Source: a virus. From it: 64,000 nt of DNA. The DNA lies in IMG/VR virus record IMGVR_UViG_3300047157_000073, positions 32,001 through 96,000 of that record. One strand, given 5' to 3'. Below, piece after piece: positions 52,481 through 62,872 of the stretch. Positions within the stretch are counted from its first letter, which is position 1. Every line of letters starts with the position of its first letter. Under the pieces are notes generated by a model. The model had not been told where the DNA came from. It was given only the letters and a program-made list of their open reading frames with translations, and did not search any database. The position numbers were made by a program, and so were the translations under genes.

Positions 52481-53521
52481 ATGTATTATATTGACCAAAA
52501 GTATCTTCTTTTAATATCATCACAATTAAAATTATTTAAGAAAAAGAATGACGGATTGTACAATTTTCGTTGTCCTTACTGTGGTGATTCTCAGAAATCT
52601 CAAACTAAGGCAAGAGGTTTCATGTTTCGTAAAGAAAATACTATGATATATAAGTGTCATAATTGTGGAGTTGGAGCCAGTTTCAAGAACTTTTTAAAAC
52701 AAGTTGATTCAAAAATTCACAATGAATATATATTAGAAAGGTACAAGAAAAAAGAGTTTGAACCAGACATAAGTCAGTTTAAACAACCTAAATTTTTAGT
52801 AAAAGATTCACCATTAAAATCTCTTATTAAGATATCAACATTGGAGCATACACACCCTGTAAAGAAATACATAGAGAGTAGACAAATACCAAGTCATACT
52901 CATCATGAACTATTTCTAGCCCCAAAGTTTTACGAATGGGTTAATTCTTTAGTACCAAATAAGTTTCCTAGTCTAGATGGTGACCATCCAAGATTAGTGA
53001 TACCATTTTTTGATGAACAGAATAAGATGTTTGCTTTTCAAGGAAGAGCATTTGGAAAAGAGATTCCAAAATACATAACTATTATTCTTGATTCAGAGAA
53101 AGATAAAATTTATGGTCTTAATAATGTAGATTGGAATAAAAAAGTTTATGTTGTTGAAGGCCCGATTGATAGTTTGTTTTTAGAAAACTGTATTGCAACA
53201 GCTCAATCAGATTTAAGAATTAAAAATAAAAAAGAAAATGTAATTCTTATACCTGATAACGAACCTCGTAATAAAGAAATTGTAAAACAGATTGAAAGAT
53301 TTATAAATGATGGTTACTCTGTTGTATTATGGCCAGAGTATGTGAAAGAAAAAGATATTAATGAAATGGTGTTGTCTGGTAAAACAGACACAGAGATTAA
53401 AACAATTATAAATGAACATGTGTATTCTGGCATTGAAGCCAAAACACAATTTGTTTTTTGGAAAAAGGTAGAATTAAAAAATGAAAAAAACTTATCTCGG
53501 AATCAGTATAGACACAGATAA
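52481..53521 (+). CDS. gp61: DNA primase gp61
   Basis: NFRCPYCGDS..CHNC zinc finger, FQGR, VEGPIDSLF, DNEPRN, KDINEM. Confidence 0.96.
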   Translation: MYYIDQKYLLLISSQLKLFKKKNDGLYNFRCPYCGDSQKSQTKARGFMFRKENTMIYKCHNCGVGASFKNFLKQVDSKIHNEYILERYKKKEFEPDISQFKQPKFLVKDSPLKSLIKISTLEHTHPVKKYIESRQIPSHTHHELFLAPKFYEWVNSLVPNKFPSLDGDHPRLVIPFFDEQNKMFAFQGRAFGKEIPKYITIILDSEKDKIYGLNNVDWNKKVYVVEGPIDSLFLENCIATAQSDLRIKNKKENVILIPDNEPRNKEIVKQIERFINDGYSVVLWPEYVKEKDINEMVLSGKTDTEIKTIINEHVYSGIEAKTQFVFWKKVELKNEKNLSRNQYRHR

Positions 53522-55250
53522 AGACAAATTACTTTCAACACAAGCTGCAAAACTATTAAAAGATTATTATTGTATAGAGGGAGAAGATTCACCACAGATG
53601 GCATATGCTCGTGCAGCTAAGGCATATTGTTATGGTGACTTAAAACTTGCACAAAGAATTTATAATTATGTTTCTAACAAATGGTTTATGTTTGCATCAC
53701 CTGTATTATCAAATGCACCTAAACCAAATGCTAAAGTAAAAGCATTACCGATATCATGTTTTCTATCCTATGTACCAGACACTCTCGAAGGTTTGATTGA
53801 CCACACATCAGAATTAAGATGGTTATCAGTTAAAGGCGGGGGTGTTGGTGGACATTGGTCAGATGTTCGTTCAGTATCAGACATAGCCCCTGGCCCTGTT
53901 CCATTTTTACATACAGTAGATGCCGATATGACAGCCTATCGACAAGGAAAGACTAGAAAGGGTTCATATGCCGCCTATATGGATGTATCACACCCCGATA
54001 TTCTAGAGTTTTTAACTATAAGGATACCAACAGGGGATGTGGGTAGAAAGTGTCTTAACATGCATCACGCAGTCAATGTGACAGATGATTTTATGACTGC
54101 AGTAGAAGATAATGAAGATTGGAATTTACTAGACCCAAATGAGGATACAATTAGAGAAACACATAAGGCTCGTAAAATTTGGGAGGCAATATTAGAAACA
54201 AGATTTAGAACAGGTGAACCATATATTAATTTTATTGATACTGCAAATCGTTATCTACCAAAACCAATGAAGAAAAAAGGATTAAAAATTCATGGTTCAA
54301 ATTTATGTAATGAAATACATCTTCCAACAAACGAAGAAAGAACAGCAGTTTGTTGTCTATCATCTTTAAATTTAGAATTGTATGATGAATGGAAAGACAC
54401 AGATGTTGTAAAAGATTTAATTACATTTTTAGATAATGTATTACAATTCTTTATAGACAATGCACCAGACTATATTAGTCGTGCAAGATACTCTGCAACA
54501 CAAGAAAGGTCATTAGGATTGGGTGCAATGGGATTACATTCATTATATCAAAAACATAATATGCCATTTGATTCACTTAGGGCAAGAACATTGAATGAAG
54601 AAATATTTAAAAAGATAAAAGAAGATTCTTTAGAACAAACTCTTATACTTGGTAAAGAAAGAGGTGAGGCACCAGACATGAAAGGAACAGGTAAAAGAAA
54701 TGCACATTTACTTGCCATTGCTCCAAATGCAAACAGTTCTATGATTACAGGATGTTCACCATCTATTGAACCACATAAGGCCAATGCATATACACACAGA
54801 ACAAGAGCAGGGTCACATTTAATTAAAAATAGATATTTAAGAGAAGAATTACAAAAACTAAATATGGATACACCAGAAGTATGGACATCAATAATTACTA
54901 ATGGTGGTTCGGTTCAGCATTTAGATTTTATAAATGATAATATCAAGGAAGTTTTTAAAACTGCAATAGAGATAAATCAAAGAGAAATAATAACACAAGG
55001 TGGTGACAGACAACAATATTTATGTCAAGGTCAATCACTCAATATATTCTTTCCTGCAGGAGCTTCTAAAAAATATTTACATGATGTTCACATGCAGGCA
55101 TGGAAAGATGAATGCAAAGGATTATATTATTTAAGGACAGAAACATCTCACAGAGCAGAGAATGTTGCTGAAAAAGTTAAGTTAAACAAATTAAAAGATT
55201 ACTCAGAAGATGCACAGACAGAAGAAGACTGTGAAGCTTGTCAAGGTTAA
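53481..55250 (+). CDS. nrdA: class I ribonucleotide reductase alpha subunit
   Basis: PISCF, GGGVG, SNLCNEI, AIAPNA, LYYLR, C-terminal CEACQG. Confidence 0.97.
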   Translation: MKKTYLGISIDTDKDKLLSTQAAKLLKDYYCIEGEDSPQMAYARAAKAYCYGDLKLAQRIYNYVSNKWFMFASPVLSNAPKPNAKVKALPISCFLSYVPDTLEGLIDHTSELRWLSVKGGGVGGHWSDVRSVSDIAPGPVPFLHTVDADMTAYRQGKTRKGSYAAYMDVSHPDILEFLTIRIPTGDVGRKCLNMHHAVNVTDDFMTAVEDNEDWNLLDPNEDTIRETHKARKIWEAILETRFRTGEPYINFIDTANRYLPKPMKKKGLKIHGSNLCNEIHLPTNEERTAVCCLSSLNLELYDEWKDTDVVKDLITFLDNVLQFFIDNAPDYISRARYSATQERSLGLGAMGLHSLYQKHNMPFDSLRARTLNEEIFKKIKEDSLEQTLILGKERGEAPDMKGTGKRNAHLLAIAPNANSSMITGCSPSIEPHKANAYTHRTRAGSHLIKNRYLREELQKLNMDTPEVWTSIITNGGSVQHLDFINDNIKEVFKTAIEINQREIITQGGDRQQYLCQGQSLNIFFPAGASKKYLHDVHMQAWKDECKGLYYLRTETSHRAENVAEKVKLNKLKDYSEDAQTEEDCEACQG

Positions 55251-55260
55251 GGAGAGAATA

Positions 55261-56493
55261 ATGGAAGTACAAATTTATACAAAAACAGATTGCCCATTTT
55301 GCGTTCAAGCAAAACAATGGTTCAAAGAATTTAACATAGATGTTATTGAACATTGTATGGATGTAGAAGAAGATAGATTATCATTCTTTCAAAGAATCAA
55401 TCATAATCAAGAACAGTTGGGTGAGAAGTTACCACAGATTAATACTGTACCTCAAATATTTGTAGATGGTAATCGTATTGGTGGATATGCAGAGTTACTT
55501 AAAAAACAAGAAACAATTTTAAAAAATAGAGGTGGGTCTCTTACTAAGTTATCAGAAACTTATAAACCATTTTACTATCCATTTGCTGTTGACTTAACAA
55601 TTAAACATGAGAAGGCACATTGGATTGAGGATGAAGTTGATTTATCAGAAGATGTTACAGATTGGAAGATGAATAAAATATCAAAAGTTGAAAAAGATTA
55701 CATCACAAATATATTAAGATTATTCACACAGTCAGATGTTGCAGTCGGTCAAAACTATTATGACCAATTTATTCCTAAATTTAAAAACAATGAAGTTAGA
55801 AATATGTTAGGTTCATTTGCAAATAGAGAAGGTGTACATCAAAGAGCATATGCATTATTAAATGATACACTAGGATTACCAGATAGTGAATATCATGCAT
55901 TCTTAGAATATAAAGAGATGGCAAATAAAATAGAGTACATGCAAAAGTCAGATAACTCTACACACAGAGGACTTGCACTTGCATTGGCAAAATCTGTATT
56001 CAATGAAGGTGTTGCTTTGTTTGCATCATTTGTTATGTTACTTAACTTCCAAAGATTTGGTAAGATGAAAGGAATGGGTAAAGTAGTTGAATGGTCTATT
56101 CGTGATGAATCTATGCATGTTGAGGGTAACTCTAATTTATTTAAATCATTCTGTGCAGAACATCCTAAACTTGTAGATGATAGTTTTAAAAAAGAAATCT
56201 ACATGATGGCTACAGAGATTGTAAAACTAGAAGACAAATTTATTGACTTGGCATACAGTCTAGGTGATATAGAAGGTCTATCTGCTGATGATGTTAAAAA
56301 ATATATCAGATATATAACAGATAGAAGATTATTACAATTAGGACTAAAAACAACATTTAAAGTAAAAGAAAATCCATTGTCATGGTTAGAATGGGTACTC
56401 AATGGTGCAGACCATACAAACTTCTTTGAGAATCGTGTAACTGAATATGAAGTTGCAGGACTATCAGGTAATTGGGAAACTGCATATAACTAA
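55261..56493 (+). CDS. nrdB: glutaredoxin-fused ribonucleotide reductase beta subunit
   Basis: N-terminal CPFC, TVPQIF, IGGY; then FTQSD, EGVHQRAY, RDESMH, NFFE.RV..Y. Confidence 0.95.
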   Translation: MEVQIYTKTDCPFCVQAKQWFKEFNIDVIEHCMDVEEDRLSFFQRINHNQEQLGEKLPQINTVPQIFVDGNRIGGYAELLKKQETILKNRGGSLTKLSETYKPFYYPFAVDLTIKHEKAHWIEDEVDLSEDVTDWKMNKISKVEKDYITNILRLFTQSDVAVGQNYYDQFIPKFKNNEVRNMLGSFANREGVHQRAYALLNDTLGLPDSEYHAFLEYKEMANKIEYMQKSDNSTHRGLALALAKSVFNEGVALFASFVMLLNFQRFGKMKGMGKVVEWSIRDESMHVEGNSNLFKSFCAEHPKLVDDSFKKEIYMMATEIVKLEDKFIDLAYSLGDIEGLSADDVKKYIRYITDRRLLQLGLKTTFKVKENPLSWLEWVLNGADHTNFFENRVTEYEVAGLSGNWETAYN

Positions 56494-56504
56494 TAAGGAC
56501 ATTT

Positions 56505-56679
56505 ATGCCAATTAAAGAAATAGTATGTGAATCATGCGAAGCATCATTTACAATAGAATATGAAATGTTAGGAACGACAATATCTAGTTAGATTTTGCCC
56601 ATTTTGTAATGAAGAATTAACAGAAGAATTCACTCGTGAAGTTGAAGAATTGAATGATGATGAACCTTATGATATATGA
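56505..56679 (+). CDS. small CxxC...CxxC metal-binding protein (frameshifted; absent from the ORF track)
   Basis: AAGGAC RBS; VCESCEA...RFCPFCNEE, acidic tail. Confidence 0.6.
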
Positions 56680-57008
56680 AAACAAGTTCAGCAAAAGCAA
56701 AAGGTAGAAAACTACAACAATGGATGAGAAATCTTTTAATTGAAAAATTAGAAGTACACCCAGAAGATATTGAATCTAGAAGTATGGGTGCTGGTGGTGA
56801 AGACTTAATCATGGCAAGAGCTGCCAGAGAAAAGTTTCCATTATCAATCGAATGCAAAAATCAAGAAGCAGTAAATGTTTGGAAATCTTACGAACAGGCT
56901 GCTGAAAATTCTGGTAAGTATGAACCTGTAGTTGTAATCAAAAGAAATAAATCAAAACCTTTAGTTGTCATTGATGCTGAATACTTTGTTTCTTTGTTCG
57001 ATAAATAA
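56676..57008 (+). CDS. PD-(D/E)XK nuclease, Holliday-junction-resolvase-like
   Basis: SAKAKGR.LQ, MGAGGEDL, SIECKNQE. Confidence 0.8.
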   Translation: MKTSSAKAKGRKLQQWMRNLLIEKLEVHPEDIESRSMGAGGEDLIMARAAREKFPLSIECKNQEAVNVWKSYEQAAENSGKYEPVVVIKRNKSKPLVVIDAEYFVSLFDK

Positions 57009-57014
57009 TAGACT

Positions 57015-57296
57015 ATGAAATTATTTTTTACAATATTAACAGAGTTTGGTTTACCAGTTGCAGCTGCATTGATAATGGGTTTTTTTATTTACCTAATTAT
57101 TAAATACATTTTAGAATCTGTTATTGGTCAAGTTAAAACTATGCACGCCATAATTACTATGTTAGACAACAGAGTTAAAACTATGAATCACGATATGATA
57201 AGATTGGATTTACTTATATCACATTCACTAAATCTAAAACCAGATGAAGATAGAATATCTAGAGCAGATGGTAAAAATGATGCGAGGCGTGACTAA
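57015..57296 (+). CDS. membrane protein (TM + coiled coil), paralogue 1
   Basis: EFGLPVAAA..MG.FIY, LDNRVKTMNHDMIRL. Confidence 0.7.
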   Translation: MKLFFTILTEFGLPVAAALIMGFFIYLIIKYILESVIGQVKTMHAIITMLDNRVKTMNHDMIRLDLLISHSLNLKPDEDRISRADGKNDARRD

Positions 57297-57577
57297 TGCA
57301 AAATGCTACAGTAATTGATTTACTAAACCAATATGGATTTGCAACAATAGCTGCAATCGGTATGGGTTGGTTTATATATTTTATCTACAAATATATAACA
57401 ACAGAAATTAAAGTAAAACTAGGCGAGATGAATGTTGTGCTCATTGCACTCATTGATAGAGTAAGAATGTTAGATAATGATATCATAAGATTAAAAAGTA
57501 AAGTTAATACTGTTCTTGAATTAAGAGAAAAAGAACAAAACCCCCCTAAGACACCCTCAAAAAAGAGAAATACATAA
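57296..57577 (+). CDS. membrane protein (TM + coiled coil), paralogue 2
   Basis: QYGFATIAA.GMGWFIY, LIDRVRMLDNDIIRL. Confidence 0.7.
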   Translation: MQNATVIDLLNQYGFATIAAIGMGWFIYFIYKYITTEIKVKLGEMNVVLIALIDRVRMLDNDIIRLKSKVNTVLELREKEQNPPKTPSKKRNT

Positions 57578-57586
57578 GTCAATTCT

Positions 57587-57594
57587 TATAAATA
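57587..57594 (+). promoter_or_regulatory. T4-type late promoter heading the csgF-csgG operon
   Basis: TATAAATA. Confidence 0.75.
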
Positions 57595-57599
57595 CAGAT

Positions 57600-58082
57600 A
57601 TGATAACACTAGAATTTAAAAAGATAGTGTTAGTATTCTACGCATTATGTATTTCCTTGATTAATACTAGCACAGCAAGTGAGTTAACTCACAAGTTTGG
57701 TAATCCTGCTTTTAGTAAAGAGGGTTATTCTCAACATGCATTATCAATAGAACAATTACAATACACTAGAGAAAATGATAGAATTAAAGATGAGAAGTCT
57801 GCAATATCACAAGCAGAAAGAGATGAGAAGAATAAAACAATTAATAAATTTATTGCCAATGTAGAAAGTCGTATCTATGCTAACTTATCTAAACAGTTAG
57901 TAGACAATATGTTTGGTACAAGTTGTACATCTAATTGTGCAACAAGTGGAACAGCAGAAGTAGAAGGTTCTCAAATATATTGGGTAAAAGATTCATCAAC
58001 AGATGTTATAACATTGACAATAACAGACACAACAGGAACAGTATCAACAATGTCTGTACCAGTTGGTGATTTTATTTTTTAG
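57600..58082 (+). CDS. csgF: curli assembly component CsgF-like
   Basis: Signal peptide then SELTHKFGNPAFS; F..N.ESRIYA.LS; C-terminal TLTITD..G. Confidence 0.8.
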   Translation: MITLEFKKIVLVFYALCISLINTSTASELTHKFGNPAFSKEGYSQHALSIEQLQYTRENDRIKDEKSAISQAERDEKNKTINKFIANVESRIYANLSKQLVDNMFGTSCTSNCATSGTAEVEGSQIYWVKDSSTDVITLTITDTTGTVSTMSVPVGDFIF

Positions 58083-58090
58083 GATAGATT

Positions 58091-58906
58091 ATGTCTTGGA
58101 CTTATATATTAATATTTTTAATGGGAATGTGCCTGTCAGGTTGTTCAACAACAATGGGAAACTATGTTGAATATTCTGATAAACCTTTTACACAAGTTAC
58201 CCCAACAGGTGACTTGTTAAGGAATGTACCTGATTTAGGGCAAGAGAAAATAACTATTGCCATTTATGATTTTCCTGATAGAACAGGACAGAGAAAACCA
58301 AGTACTAATTTTTCTCAATTAAGTACGGCAGTTACACAAGGGCCTGAAGTGTATTTAATACAGGCACTTAAAATGGTAAGTGAGGGAGATTGGTTTACAG
58401 TAGTAGAGAGAAAAGGATTAAGTAGTCTAGTCAAAGAAAGACAATTGGTTAGGTCTACAAGAGAATTATATGATGGTGAAAAATCTGCAAACACAGTATT
58501 GAAACCACTGATATTTGCAGGTCTTATTATAGAGGGTGGAGTTGTTAGTTATGATTCAAATATGATAAGTGGTGGTGAGGGTGCAAGGGTATTTGGTATT
58601 GGAGCTTCCAAACAATATCGAACAGACCAAGTAACTATTAGTATGAGAATAATTGCAGTGCAAACAGGAGAAGTATTGATGACAATATCAGCAAGTAAAA
58701 CTATTGCAAGTCATCAAGCAGGTGCAGATGTATTTAGATTCTTTGATTTAAGGACTAAAGCATTAGAAGTAGAATCTGGCGCAGCTGTCAATGAACCGAC
58801 AGACTATGCCATTCGTTCTGCTATAGAGTATGGTGTTTTAAAAATGGTTGAGAAAGGTGAGAAACTAGGGTATTGGAAGTTTAAGAAATGGAGAGTAGAA
58901 GAATGA
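58091..58906 (+). CDS. csgG: curli secretion pore CsgG-like lipoprotein
   Basis: LSGC lipobox; AIYDFPDRTGQRK, STAVTQG, WF.VVER.GL..L..ERQ, IIEGGVVSYD. Confidence 0.93.
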   Translation: MSWTYILIFLMGMCLSGCSTTMGNYVEYSDKPFTQVTPTGDLLRNVPDLGQEKITIAIYDFPDRTGQRKPSTNFSQLSTAVTQGPEVYLIQALKMVSEGDWFTVVERKGLSSLVKERQLVRSTRELYDGEKSANTVLKPLIFAGLIIEGGVVSYDSNMISGGEGARVFGIGASKQYRTDQVTISMRIIAVQTGEVLMTISASKTIASHQAGADVFRFFDLRTKALEVESGAAVNEPTDYAIRSAIEYGVLKMVEKGEKLGYWKFKKWRVEE

Positions 58907-59586
58907 AAAAAATAATATCAATAATGATGTTGATGATTATTTCGTTATCGGTTTATGCTAATGATATCTACATAAACCAATCTGGTGCTACACTAGATTT
59001 AGATATCACACAAGATGGCCAGAATAACACAGTAGGAAGTTCTAGTACAGCTTCTAGTGTGATTGGTGCGACAACAAACTTGGCAATTACACAAGTAGGT
59101 GATAATAATGTCATGACTTTTGATGTTAATGGTGCAACCTATACAGGTACATATTCTGTAACAGGTAACTCAAACAACATAGACTTTAATTGTGATAGTG
59201 GTGGAAGTAATTCAAGTTGTGGTACTGCTACTGCATCTATCGTTTGGGTAGGTTCATCTAATGATATTGACATAGACATAGGTGAAACATCATCTGCTAC
59301 AGGTGCAACAGTATCTATTACTGGTGCAAGTGGTAGTGATAGTAATACAGTCTTAGGTACAATAGATGGTAATTCAGCAATACTAACATTGTCAATTAAT
59401 GGAGATACAAATAACTTCTTAGTTGATATAGATGGTAATGGAGATAGTGTTGGACATACTTACATACACACTCATACAGGTTCTATCGCAGATGTAGATA
59501 TAACTCAAAGTGGTATCTATGATAACATGATAACATTAACAACATCTGGTGATAATCACGATATAGATATAATACAACGAGATTAA
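58903..59586 (+). CDS. secreted curlin-like beta-solenoid protein
   Basis: Signal peptide; repeats of the type I.ITQ.G.NN about every 22-24 aa. Confidence 0.7.
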   Translation: MKKIISIMMLMIISLSVYANDIYINQSGATLDLDITQDGQNNTVGSSSTASSVIGATTNLAITQVGDNNVMTFDVNGATYTGTYSVTGNSNNIDFNCDSGGSNSSCGTATASIVWVGSSNDIDIDIGETSSATGATVSITGASGSDSNTVLGTIDGNSAILTLSINGDTNNFLVDIDGNGDSVGHTYIHTHTGSIADVDITQSGIYDNMITLTTSGDNHDIDIIQRD

Positions 59587-59587
59587 A

Positions 59588-60682
59588 ATGAAAAAGTTTT
59601 TTATTATGATTTTGTTGTTTAGCACTAATGCCTTCAGTGCATCTATTGGTGATGTAATATTACAAGAAGGCAATGGTGTTGTAGAGAGAAAAGAGGGTGA
59701 TGAGTTTGAAAGTAAGAAAGACTTAGACATTTTTTCTTATGACACAGTTAGAACAGGCAAAGGTAAAACTGCCATTGAGTTTGTTGATGATACTAGAGTA
59801 GATGTAACAGAACATTCTAAACTAGTAATTGATGAATTTGTTTATGACCCAAATACAAAAACAGGTGCCTTATCTCTAAAGGCATCTTTGGGTACAGTAA
59901 GATATGCATCTGGTCAGATTGCAAAAAACTCAAAACAAAATGTAAAGATAAAAACACCAACAGCAACAATCGGTGTTCGTGGAACAGACTTTACAATGAC
60001 TATAGATGAAACAGGTAGTTCTACAATTATACTATTACCATCATGTGATACAAATGGTAATTGTTATGTAGGAGAAATTGATGTAACATCAGATGCTGGA
60101 CAAGTTATCATGAATCAAGCATTTCAAGCCACAGTTGTTGAAACAGTTGCAAGTAATCCTATGAAACCTGTCATTCTAGATTTAGATGAAAAACTAATTG
60201 GTAATTTATTAATTATATCTAAACCAAAAGAAATACAAGAACAACAAAACAAAGAAGACTATGTAAAAATTGCCAATGCATTAGAGATTGACTTTTTAGA
60301 ATTTGATGATTTAGAAATAGATTATCTAGAAGAAGAAACAGAGAATTGGGCAACAGGATTAGATATAGATTTTTTAGAACAAAACTTCTTAGTAAACATT
60401 CTAGACCAAATCAATGCTGAGTTGGCAAAGGCAATGAGAAGTGAATTTGATAAAGGTCAAGATGGTATAAGATTAGGTAAAGACCCAGAAACAGGTATTA
60501 CAGTATTAGATGAAGACCCCGATTGGGTGTGGAGTAGAGAGGATGCTGCTGGTAATTATATTGAATTAAGACTTAATAAAGAATATGGTTATGTTCTAAA
60601 TATAACACAAGGTGATTATGAAATTATTGATTACGAATTAGGGGGAGTAGAAAATGCAATTACAATTAATCAAATTCAGTAG
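59588..60682 (+). CDS. secreted FecR-domain protein
   Basis: Signal peptide; D.VRTG.G...I.F.DDT.V, L..G.VR..SG, KTPTATIGVRGTDF. Confidence 0.88.
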   Translation: MKKFFIMILLFSTNAFSASIGDVILQEGNGVVERKEGDEFESKKDLDIFSYDTVRTGKGKTAIEFVDDTRVDVTEHSKLVIDEFVYDPNTKTGALSLKASLGTVRYASGQIAKNSKQNVKIKTPTATIGVRGTDFTMTIDETGSSTIILLPSCDTNGNCYVGEIDVTSDAGQVIMNQAFQATVVETVASNPMKPVILDLDEKLIGNLLIISKPKEIQEQQNKEDYVKIANALEIDFLEFDDLEIDYLEEETENWATGLDIDFLEQNFLVNILDQINAELAKAMRSEFDKGQDGIRLGKDPETGITVLDEDPDWVWSREDAAGNYIELRLNKEYGYVLNITQGDYEIIDYELGGVENAITINQIQ

Positions 60683-60995
60683 TATATTATTATTACTACT
60701 AAGTTTTTCAGTATATGCAAATGATGTAAACTTAACAGTTATCACATCAGAGGGTGGTACTTTTGATGTACTACAAGATGGTGAAGATAATGACATTGAT
60801 TTTGACATACAAAGTATGGATGGTTTTGTTATTAATCTAGACCAGATTGGTGATAATAATGCCATTGATATAGATGTTGATGGTAGGACTAGTAATGGTT
60901 CTTCAATGACTATTAACCAAAGTGGTAATAACAAAAGTTATTCAGGTAGTTTTTGGTGTGGTGGTGCATATTGTTCAATGACAGTTACTCAATGA
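60654..60995 (+). CDS. short secreted curlin-like protein
   Basis: Signal peptide ending VYAND as in 58903; QDGEDN, QIGDNN, QSGNN repeats. Confidence 0.65.
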   Translation: MQLQLIKFSSILLLLLSFSVYANDVNLTVITSEGGTFDVLQDGEDNDIDFDIQSMDGFVINLDQIGDNNAIDIDVDGRTSNGSSMTINQSGNNKSYSGSFWCGGAYCSMTVTQ

Positions 60996-62841
60996 AAAAA
61001 TTTATAACTCATTGGACATTCGCATTTGTAACTTTAGTCGTTCATTAACATTCTATAGGTTTACAAGAACCATATGTCAAAGAAATATTAAAGTTAAAAT
61101 CATTTGACATTCTCATACAACAAGAAGAAAAAGAATTATCAAAAGACATTGGTATAGTTACAATAGATGAAAAGTCTATTGAGAAGTATGGACAATGGCC
61201 ATGGAAAAGAGATGTAATTGCAGAAGTCATATCTAATTTAAGACAATCAGGTGCTGGTGTAATATTATGATACCTATACTATTTTCAGAAGAAGATAGAT
61301 TAGGTGGTGATGATATACTATCACAAACATTGATAGATAATGGAGTTGTAATTGCACAAGTTGGTACATCTCAAATCAATAAAAACTCTGTTCCAAGAGG
61401 AGTTGCAAAAATAGGAAATCCATTACCATATCTTTTTGAATGGGATGGTATGTTAGGCCCAATCCCAATGCTAGGTCAAAATGCAAATGGAGTTGGTGTA
61501 ATTAATACTGCACCAGAAATAGATGGTGTTGTAAGAAGAATACCATTGATAATGAGAATAGGACAAGATACTTATCCTACAATGGCAGTAGAAGTCATTA
61601 GAGTTGCAACAGGTAATCCAAGTTATCAAGTCAAGGCAGGTGATGGCGGAGTTCAAGCAATAAGAGTACCAGGTTTTCCTATTATTAATACAGACCCAAA
61701 TGCTAGAATCTGGTTGCATTGGAATAAAGACTTTTGAAACTATATCAGCTTCAGAAAATGACTTTTCAAAATTTAAGGTCGTACTGTAATTATAGGAATG
61801 ACTGCTGAAGGTCTAGGTGGAATTATTGCAACACCAGTCGGTGAACAATATGATTATATGTTATCGGCATCTACATTACAAACTATGATAGATGGTAAAC
61901 AAATTAATCGTTATGATGTAAGTTCATTTCTAGAATTAGTTTTATCTTTTGTATTAGGTATTGTAGTTATACTGATTGCAAGATTCACACCTTATTGGTT
62001 TGTTGGTTTAAGTTTACTATCACTTTATGGAATAAGTGTCTATGGTTCTTATTATCTGTTTAACAACATTTAATATTATCAGATGTCAGTTGGATAATTA
62101 TTGTAATTACCATAGTTGGTATGCATAGTATATTTAATAGATTTATTTTAGAGTTTAGATTAAAACAACAAATAAGAAAACAATTTGAAACATATCTAGA
62201 CCCAAGACAAGTTGCATAGTTACAGAAAGACCCAAGTAAATTAAAACTAGGTGGTGATAGAAAAGAGATGAGTTTTCTGTTTATGGACATTGTAGGATTT
62301 ACACCAATATCAGAATACTATAAAAACAAAGATGACCCAGAGGGATTAGTTGAAGTTATCAATGACTATCTAAATCGTATGACTAAGATTGTTTTAGAGA
62401 ATGGTGGAACAGTTGATAAGTACATGGGTGATTGTATTATGGCATTTTGGAATGCACCACTTGATTGTGAAGACCATGCAGAGATGGCTGTCAAGACTGC
62501 TATAGAATGTGCAGATAGAAACAGAAAGACTAAAACAAGAATTCAAAGAAAGAGGACTACCAGATATCAATATAGGTTCTGGTGTCAATACAGGAACATG
62601 TATAGTTGGTAATATGGGTAGTGATACTAGATTCGATTATTCAGTCATTGGAGATGCGGTAAACTTGGCCGCAAGATTAGAGGCAGCAACAAGAAATTAC
62701 AAAGAAGAAAATGGTGGTATTGTATCTACCCTCTATTCTTCCTATACTATGGAAAAACTTAAAACTATCAAATCTGTAGAAGTTGATAAAATCAAAGTCA
62801 AAGGAAAAGAAGAATTAATCACTATCTACAAACCTAAATGA
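60992..62841 (+). CDS. CHASE2-domain class III adenylate cyclase (several frameshifts and one in-frame stop)
   Basis: IDEKSIEKYGQWPWKR, DGVVRRIPL, TM helices, FMDIVGFT, DKYMGDCIMAFWNAP, GNMGS..RFDYSVIGDAVNLAARLE. Confidence 0.88.
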
Positions 62842-62872
62842 GAAATTCTCATATAAGGAAACTCATATACTC

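Noticed and set aside
62210-62225. In-frame TAG in the cyclase as stop-codon reassignment or readthrough
   Set aside because: TAG ends other genes normally (e.g. 7423, 19020, 24616), no suppressor tRNA is seen, and the region is error-rich
4554-62841. Numerous split genes (alkB, uvsY, uvsW, gp46, VWA, regA, uvsX, gp41, cyclase) as pseudogenes or programmed frameshifts
   Set aside because: Breaks hit essential genes at scattered positions, often near homopolymers, with no consistent slippery site; best explained by long-read indel errors
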